Origin: Deltaproteobacteria bacterium RIFCSPLOWO2_12_FULL_60_19
Lineage (GTDB): Bacteria > Desulfobacterota > Binatia > UBA9968
Direction of reading: 5' to 3'
Length of the DNA stretch: 64,000 nt
NCBI GenBank assembly: GCA_001798595.1
Contig: MGSS01000014.1
Location: forward strand, 20,910-84,909
Shown here in pieces: positions 58,936-64,000 of the stretch (positions are counted from its first letter, which is position 1; every line of letters starts with the position of its first letter). The position numbers and the translations under genes are program-made. A model generated the notes under the pieces. The model searched no databases, was not told the DNA's origin, and worked only from the letters and a program-made list of their open reading frames with translations.

Positions 58936-60126
58936 ATGAACAATCGACAGATCGTCAAACTCACCGAGCGTTACGTCGCCAACACCTACGCGCGCTATCC
59001 GATCGCGCTGGTGCGGGGCAAGGGGGCGCGGGTGTGGGACGCCGACGGCAAGGAGTATCTCGACTTCGTCGGCGGCATCGCGGTCAACGCCCTCGGCCAC
59101 GGCCATCCAGCCGTGATGCGCGCGATCCGCCAGCAGGCCGCCCGGCTGCTTCACGTCTCGAACCTGTATCACATCGCGCCGCAGTCCGAGCTGGCGCGTG
59201 AGTTGTGCCGCCGTTCCTTCGCCGAACGAGTTTTTTTTTGCAACAGCGGCGCGGAGGCGAATGAGGCGGCGATCAAGCTCACGCGGCGCTACGGCGCGGA
59301 ATGGCTCGGCGGCAAGTACGAGATTCTTTCGACCTACAATTCTTTCCACGGACGGACTTTAGCGACGCTCACCGCCACCGGGCAGGAAAAGGTGCGCGCG
59401 GGCTATGACCCGCTGCCCGCCGGATTTCGCCAGGCGCCGTACGGCGACCTCAAGGCGATGGAGGCGGCGATCGACGAAGAAAAGACGGCCGCTATCCTCG
59501 TCGAGCCGATCCAAGGGGAAGGAGGGGTCGTCGTTCCCGACAAGAGTTATTTGCAGGGGCTGAGAGAGCTGTGCGATCAAAAAGGGCTGTTGCTGATCTT
59601 CGATGAAGTCCAGGTGGGAATGGGGCGGACGGGCAAGCTTTTTGCCTACGAGCATTTCGGCGTCGAGCCCGACATCATGACTCTGGCCAAGGCGATGGGA
59701 GGCGGATTGCCGTTGGGGGCGATGCTGGCGAAGGAAAAGGTCGCGCGAAGTTTCGTTCCCGGCGCTCATGCCTCCACCTTCGGCGGCAACCCACTCGCAT
59801 GTAACGTCGGCCTGGCCGTGTTAAAAACCCTGGTTCAAGGCGGCGCGCTAAAGAACTGCGTGAAGATGGGAAAAGTTCTCTTCCAAGCGCTTCTCGGGAT
59901 GAAGAGCCGCTTTTCATCGATCCGCGACGTTCGCGGCAAGGGGCTGATCGTCGGCATGGAGCTGGATCTGGATGGGACCAGGATCGTGGAGGAGTGCATG
60001 AAGGCCGGTCTCCTGATCAACTGCACGGCGCATAAAGTTCTCCGCTTTATTCCACCGCTGATCATCGGCGAGAAAGAGATCGAGCGCGGGCTGGGAATTT
60101 TAGAGAAAGTTCTCGCGCGCCGATAA
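58936..60126 (+). CDS. argD: Acetylornithine aminotransferase (class III PLP)
   Basis: [40 protein letters not shown] and the arg-cluster context. Confidence 0.9.
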   Translation: MNNRQIVKLTERYVANTYARYPIALVRGKGARVWDADGKEYLDFVGGIAVNALGHGHPAVMRAIRQQAARLLHVSNLYHIAPQSELARELCRRSFAERVFFCNSGAEANEAAIKLTRRYGAEWLGGKYEILSTYNSFHGRTLATLTATGQEKVRAGYDPLPAGFRQAPYGDLKAMEAAIDEEKTAAILVEPIQGEGGVVVPDKSYLQGLRELCDQKGLLLIFDEVQVGMGRTGKLFAYEHFGVEPDIMTLAKAMGGGLPLGAMLAKEKVARSFVPGAHASTFGGNPLACNVGLAVLKTLVQGGALKNCVKMGKVLFQALLGMKSRFSSIRDVRGKGLIVGMELDLDGTRIVEECMKAGLLINCTAHKVLRFIPPLIIGEKEIERGLGILEKVLARR

Positions 60127-60147
60127 CCCGAAGCTTTTTTTGCCCCA

Positions 60148-61071
60148 ATGAAAAAGAGAGATCTGCTGAGCTGGAAAGAGCTCAGCCGCAAAGATATCGA
60201 AGGGCTCTTGTCGCTCGCCCGCAAGCTCAAGCGGGAGCTTAAGCGCGGGGTGTCGCATCGGCGTCTCGCCGGAAAGACGCTCGCGCTGGTCTTCGAGAAG
60301 CCGAGCTTGAGGACGCGGGTCAGCTTCGAGACCGGGATGATGCAGCTCGGGGGCCATACGGTGTTTCTCGGTCCCGATGAGATTCGCCTCGGCGTCCGGG
60401 AGAGCGTCGCCGATTGCGCCAGGGTCCTCAGCCGCTGGGTGGATCTGATCGTGGTGCGGACCTTCTCCCAGGCGACGCTCGAAGAGATGGCTTCCCACGC
60501 GACGGCGCCGATCATCAACGGGCTGACGGACCTTTATCATCCCTGTCAGGTGTTGGCCGACTGCCTGACGCTGTTGGAGCACAAGGGAAAGCTCGACGGC
60601 TTGAAGATCGCGTTCATCGGCGACGGCAACAACATGGCCCATAGCTGGATGGAGGCGGCGGAAAAGCTTCCGCTCACGGTTGTGGCGGCTTGCCCGAAAG
60701 GCTACGAGCCCAACGCCGATGTCGTTCGCGCGGTCAAGGCGAACGGCGGTCGGGTCGTGGTCACGCGGGACGTAGCCGAAGCTGCGCGGGGAGCGGACGT
60801 GCTCTACACGGACGTTTGGGCGAGCATGGGCCAGGAGAGCGAGGCGGAGAGCCGCCGGCGGGTGTTTCAGGGCTATCAGATCAATCGCGACGTGCTCGCG
60901 CTCGCGAAAAAGGACGCCGTGGTGATGCACTGTCTGCCGGCTCATCGGGGCGAGGAGATCACCGACGAGGCGTTGGAGGGTCCGCAGTCCGTCGTCTTCG
61001 ATCAGGCGGAGAATCGGCTGCATGCGCAGAAGGCGATCATGTTATGGTTGGTGAAAGGGTTTAAGGGTTAA
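60148..61071 (+). CDS. argF: Ornithine carbamoyltransferase
   Basis: FEKPSLRTRVSFE, HPCQVLAD and HCLPAHRGEE motifs. Confidence 0.9.
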   Translation: MKKRDLLSWKELSRKDIEGLLSLARKLKRELKRGVSHRRLAGKTLALVFEKPSLRTRVSFETGMMQLGGHTVFLGPDEIRLGVRESVADCARVLSRWVDLIVVRTFSQATLEEMASHATAPIINGLTDLYHPCQVLADCLTLLEHKGKLDGLKIAFIGDGNNMAHSWMEAAEKLPLTVVAACPKGYEPNADVVRAVKANGGRVVVTRDVAEAARGADVLYTDVWASMGQESEAESRRRVFQGYQINRDVLALAKKDAVVMHCLPAHRGEEITDEALEGPQSVVFDQAENRLHAQKAIMLWLVKGFKG

Positions 61072-61083
61072 AGAGTTGAAGGG

Positions 61084-62289
61084 ATGAAAGTTAACAAGGT
61101 TGTTCTGGCATATTCGGGGGGACTCGATACCTCCGTGATTTTGCGTTGGCTGATTGAGACCTACGATTGCGAGGTCGTCGCCTACTGCGCCGATCTCGGC
61201 CAGGGCGAGGATCTCCAGGCGGTCCGGCGCAAGGCGTTCAAGACCGGCGCGAGCAAGGTCGTCGTCGACGATGTGCGGGAGGAGTTTGTCCGCCACTATA
61301 TCTTTCCCATGCTGCGGGCGAACGCGGTCTACGAAGGCTCCTATCTCCTCGGCACTTCGATCGCGCGGCCGCTGATCGCCAAACGACAGATCGACACGGC
61401 CCTCAAGGAGAAGGCGGATGCGGTCTCCCACGGCGCGACCGGCAAGGGCAACGATCAGGTGCGGTTCGAGCTGACCTACTACGCGCTCAAGCCCGACGTC
61501 AAAGTCATCGCGCCGTGGAGAATCTGGGATCTCAACTCGCGGCGCGCGCTGGTGGCCTACGCCAAGCGCCACGGCATCCCCGTGCCCGTGACGGGCAAGC
61601 GCCCCTACAGCACCGACCGTAATCTCTTCCACATCAGCTACGAAGGCGGGATTTTGGAAGACCCCTGGAAAGAGCCGCCGGCGGACATGTTTGTCTGGAC
61701 ACGGCCGGTCGAGAAGACGCCGGGGCGGCCCGAATACATCGAGATTGATTTTTCCCGCGGCGACCCCGTGGCGCTTAACGGCAAGCGGCTCTCGCCGGCG
61801 ACGTTGTTGGCCGCGCTCAATGCGTTGGGCGCCAGGCACGGCATCGGCAGAGTGGACCTGGTGGAGAACCGCTACGTCGGCATGAAGTCGCGCGGGGTGT
61901 ATGAGACGCCGGGCGGGACGGTCCTGCACGTCGCTCATCGGGCCATCGAGTCGATTACCATGGACCGCGAGGTGATGCGCATCCGCGACTCGCTGATTTC
62001 AAAGTATGCCGAGCTGATTTATTATGGCTACTGGTTCTCGCCGGAGCGGGAGGTTTTGCAGCAGACGATCGACGCCGCTCAACGGAACGTGAGCGGGCGG
62101 GTGCGGCTCAAGCTTTGCAAGGGCAATGCCGCCGTGGCGGGCCGAAGATCGAGCCGGTCGCTCTACGATCCCCGTGTGGCGAGCTTCGAGGAGGGCGGGG
62201 GATACGATCAGGCGGACGCCGAAGGCTTCATCCGGCTGAATTCGCTGCGACTAAGACTGCGGCGGCTGCGGCAAGAGAAAAAAAACTAA
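61084..62289 (+). CDS. argG: Argininosuccinate synthase
   Basis: [25 protein letters not shown] and [19 protein letters not shown]. Confidence 0.95.
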   Translation: MKVNKVVLAYSGGLDTSVILRWLIETYDCEVVAYCADLGQGEDLQAVRRKAFKTGASKVVVDDVREEFVRHYIFPMLRANAVYEGSYLLGTSIARPLIAKRQIDTALKEKADAVSHGATGKGNDQVRFELTYYALKPDVKVIAPWRIWDLNSRRALVAYAKRHGIPVPVTGKRPYSTDRNLFHISYEGGILEDPWKEPPADMFVWTRPVEKTPGRPEYIEIDFSRGDPVALNGKRLSPATLLAALNALGARHGIGRVDLVENRYVGMKSRGVYETPGGTVLHVAHRAIESITMDREVMRIRDSLISKYAELIYYGYWFSPEREVLQQTIDAAQRNVSGRVRLKLCKGNAAVAGRRSSRSLYDPRVASFEEGGGYDQADAEGFIRLNSLRLRLRRLRQEKKN

Positions 62290-62296
62290 AAAGCAA

Positions 62297-62407
62297 TTTT
62301 AGATTTTCGATTGCCGATTTTCGATTGAAGAAAGGAACGGATCAGGAATCTTTCGATTTTAATCTTGGATGGCTTTCCGACAATCGAAAATCTAAAATCG
62401 AAAATTA
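62297..62407. repeat. AT-rich word-repeat palindrome (TTCGATTTTC words) between argG and argH
   Basis: ttttagattttcgattgccgattttcgattg ... caatcgaaaatctaaaatcgaaaatta. Confidence 0.8.
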
Positions 62408-62421
62408 GGAGAGGGAAGCGG

Positions 62422-63798
62422 GTGGTAAAGGAGAAGAAACTGTGGGGTGGGCGATTCGCGGGGCGAACGGCCGGGTCGGTCGAGGCTTTCACCGCCTCGA
62501 TTGACGTGGACGCGCGGCTTTATCGCCATGACATCGCCGGAAGCATCGCGCATGCCCGGATGCTGGCGAAGCAGCGGATCGTCTCATCGCGGGAGGCGCG
62601 GCGAATCGTGCGCGGCTTGCTGGCGATTCAGAGAGAGATCGAAGAGGGGAAATTTCGCTTCTCCACGGCCGACGAAGACATTCACATGAACATCGAGCGG
62701 CGGCTGATCGCCAAAATCGGCAAGGCGGGCGAGAAGCTCCACACGGCGCGGAGCCGCAACGACCAGGTGACTCTGGACATGCGGCTTTACCTGCGCGAGG
62801 AGATGGGAATCATCGGGGAAGCTCTTGGCAATCTCAGACAGGAGCTTGCACGGGCGGCCAGGCGGCATCTCAAGGTCATCATGCCGGGCTATACCCATCT
62901 CCAGCGCGCCCAGCCGGTGCTGTTCTCGCACCATCTGCTCGCGTATGCCGAGATGTTCGAGCGCGACGGCGAGCGAATGGCCGACTGCCTGAAGCGGGTG
63001 AACGTTCTGCCGCTCGGCGCCGGCGCGCTGGCCGGAACTACGCTGCCCATCGACCGGTCCTACGTCGCCCGGCTGCTCGGCTTCCCGCGAATCTCGAAGA
63101 ACAGCATCGACGCCGTGAGCGACCGGGACTTCGCGCTGGAATTCCTCGCCGCCTCGGCGATCGTCTTCGTTCATCTGAGCCGGTTGGCGGAAGAGCTGGT
63201 CTTGTGGTCGAGCTGGGAATTTGGTTTTATTGAGCTTCCCGACGGTTATTGCACGGGCAGCTCGATGATGCCGCAGAAGAAGAATCCGGACGTGCCGGAG
63301 CTGATCCGCGGCAAGAGCGGCCGGATTTTCGGCCACCTCCAGGCGCTGCTGACGTTGATGAAGGGGCTGCCGCTGGCCTACAATCGCGACCTCCAGGAGG
63401 ATAAACGCCCCGTGTTCGACGCGGTCGATACGGTCAAGGCAAGCCTACAGATGGCGACGGAGATCTTGCCGGGCATTAAAGTCAAAACGGAAAGAATGGC
63501 GGCGGCCGCTCTGGATGGATTGATGAACGCGACCGACCTCGCGGATTATCTTGTGTCCAGGGGCGTGCCGTTTAGATCGGCGCACGGTGTCGTGGGCGCC
63601 ATTGTGCGGCTCTGCCTCGATCGAGGCCGGAGGATCGAGGAGCTGTCGCTTAAGGAATTGAAACGATTTTCTCCCAAGATCGAGAAGGATGTCTATTCCT
63701 ATCTGACACCGCAGGCGGCGGTCGAGCGGCGCCGCTCTGCGGGCGGAACGGCGCCGGGCAACGTGCGGCAGCGGCTGAGAGAAATGGGGGTTTTATGA
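62422..63798 (+). CDS. argH: Argininosuccinate lyase
   Basis: KLWGGRFAG and the GSSMMPQKKNPD signature. I chose the start at GTG 62422, after GGAGAGGGAAG. The track ORF start at 62365 lies inside the repeat. Confidence 0.9.
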   Translation: MVKEKKLWGGRFAGRTAGSVEAFTASIDVDARLYRHDIAGSIAHARMLAKQRIVSSREARRIVRGLLAIQREIEEGKFRFSTADEDIHMNIERRLIAKIGKAGEKLHTARSRNDQVTLDMRLYLREEMGIIGEALGNLRQELARAARRHLKVIMPGYTHLQRAQPVLFSHHLLAYAEMFERDGERMADCLKRVNVLPLGAGALAGTTLPIDRSYVARLLGFPRISKNSIDAVSDRDFALEFLAASAIVFVHLSRLAEELVLWSSWEFGFIELPDGYCTGSSMMPQKKNPDVPELIRGKSGRIFGHLQALLTLMKGLPLAYNRDLQEDKRPVFDAVDTVKASLQMATEILPGIKVKTERMAAAALDGLMNATDLADYLVSRGVPFRSAHGVVGAIVRLCLDRGRRIEELSLKELKRFSPKIEKDVYSYLTPQAAVERRRSAGGTAPGNVRQRLREMGVL

Positions 63799-64000
63799 AA
63801 ATACGATTGAGGATGGAAGATAGAGGATGGAGGCTCGCAAGTAACCTGCTGGCTGCGAGCTTCCTCGTCAGTGTCGTTGTGGTGGGGATCGGTGGCTGCG
63901 GCAAGAAGGGGGACCCGCGCGCGCCGGAGCTGGCGACGCCGGAGACGATCAAAGATCTCAGGGGGCGGCCCGACAAGGGAGGCATCTCGCTCACCTGGAC
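63795..64000 (+). CDS. Lipoprotein (N-terminal part; continues beyond the window)
   Basis: My own translation gives MKIRLRMEDRGWRLASNLLAASFLVSVVVVGIGGCGKKGDPRAPELATPETIKDLRGRPDKGGISLTW. It has the lipobox IGGC, and the start overlaps the argH stop. Confidence 0.6.
   Translation, partial: MKIRLRMEDRGWRLASNLLAASFLVSVVVVGIGGCGKKGDPRAPELATPETIKDLRGRPDKGGISLTW

Overview
This is a 64-kb, GC-rich (roughly 60% by eye) bacterial chromosomal segment. I recognise no rRNA, tRNA, CRISPR array, transposase or phage gene in it. All calls come from reading the ORF translations and the DNA by eye; no searches were run.

The window has four blocks.

(1) 1-10994, minus strand: an acyl-CoA operon. It holds a PaaK-like ligase (partial), two family-I CoA-transferase sets, two SDRs, a 3-hydroxyacyl-CoA dehydrogenase, an acyl-CoA dehydrogenase, and a two-subunit 2-hydroxyacyl-CoA dehydratase / benzoyl-CoA-reductase-like enzyme with no activator ATPase in view.

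(2) 11212-45679, plus strand: the most unusual part, a 34-kb same-strand supercluster. It contains:
- seven UbiD-family (prFMN-type) (de)carboxylase paralogs in three subfamilies
- nine exported solute-binding proteins of two families
- two fused ABC permeases but no ABC ATPase
- a hydantoinase A/B pair
- a three-subunit molybdenum hydroxylase whose genes are split by binding-protein genes
- a secreted Vgb-like beta-propeller with two Tat-signal Rieske proteins
- an amidohydrolase-2 type decarboxylase
I could recognise no UbiX and no transcription factor in this block.

(3) 45.7-54.6 kb: an accessory patch. It has intact and decayed toxin-antitoxin modules (MNT/HEPN, a RelE-like pair, VapBC, plus fragments), duplicated gene ends, a comM-like remnant, an exported methyltransferase, an MFS transporter, a TenA/PqqC-like protein, a lipoprotein and a hydrolase.

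(4) 54.7-64 kb: housekeeping genes xerC-hslV-hslU and argB-argD-argF-argG-argH.

Superimposed on all four blocks is a striking set of intergenic palindromic elements built from short repeated words. There are several families. One is AT-rich (TGCAAAATGAAAA-type, 5 copies). One is a nested 150-nt element (3 copies). One is a 99-nt element with compensatory stem changes that sits upstream of two UbiD genes.
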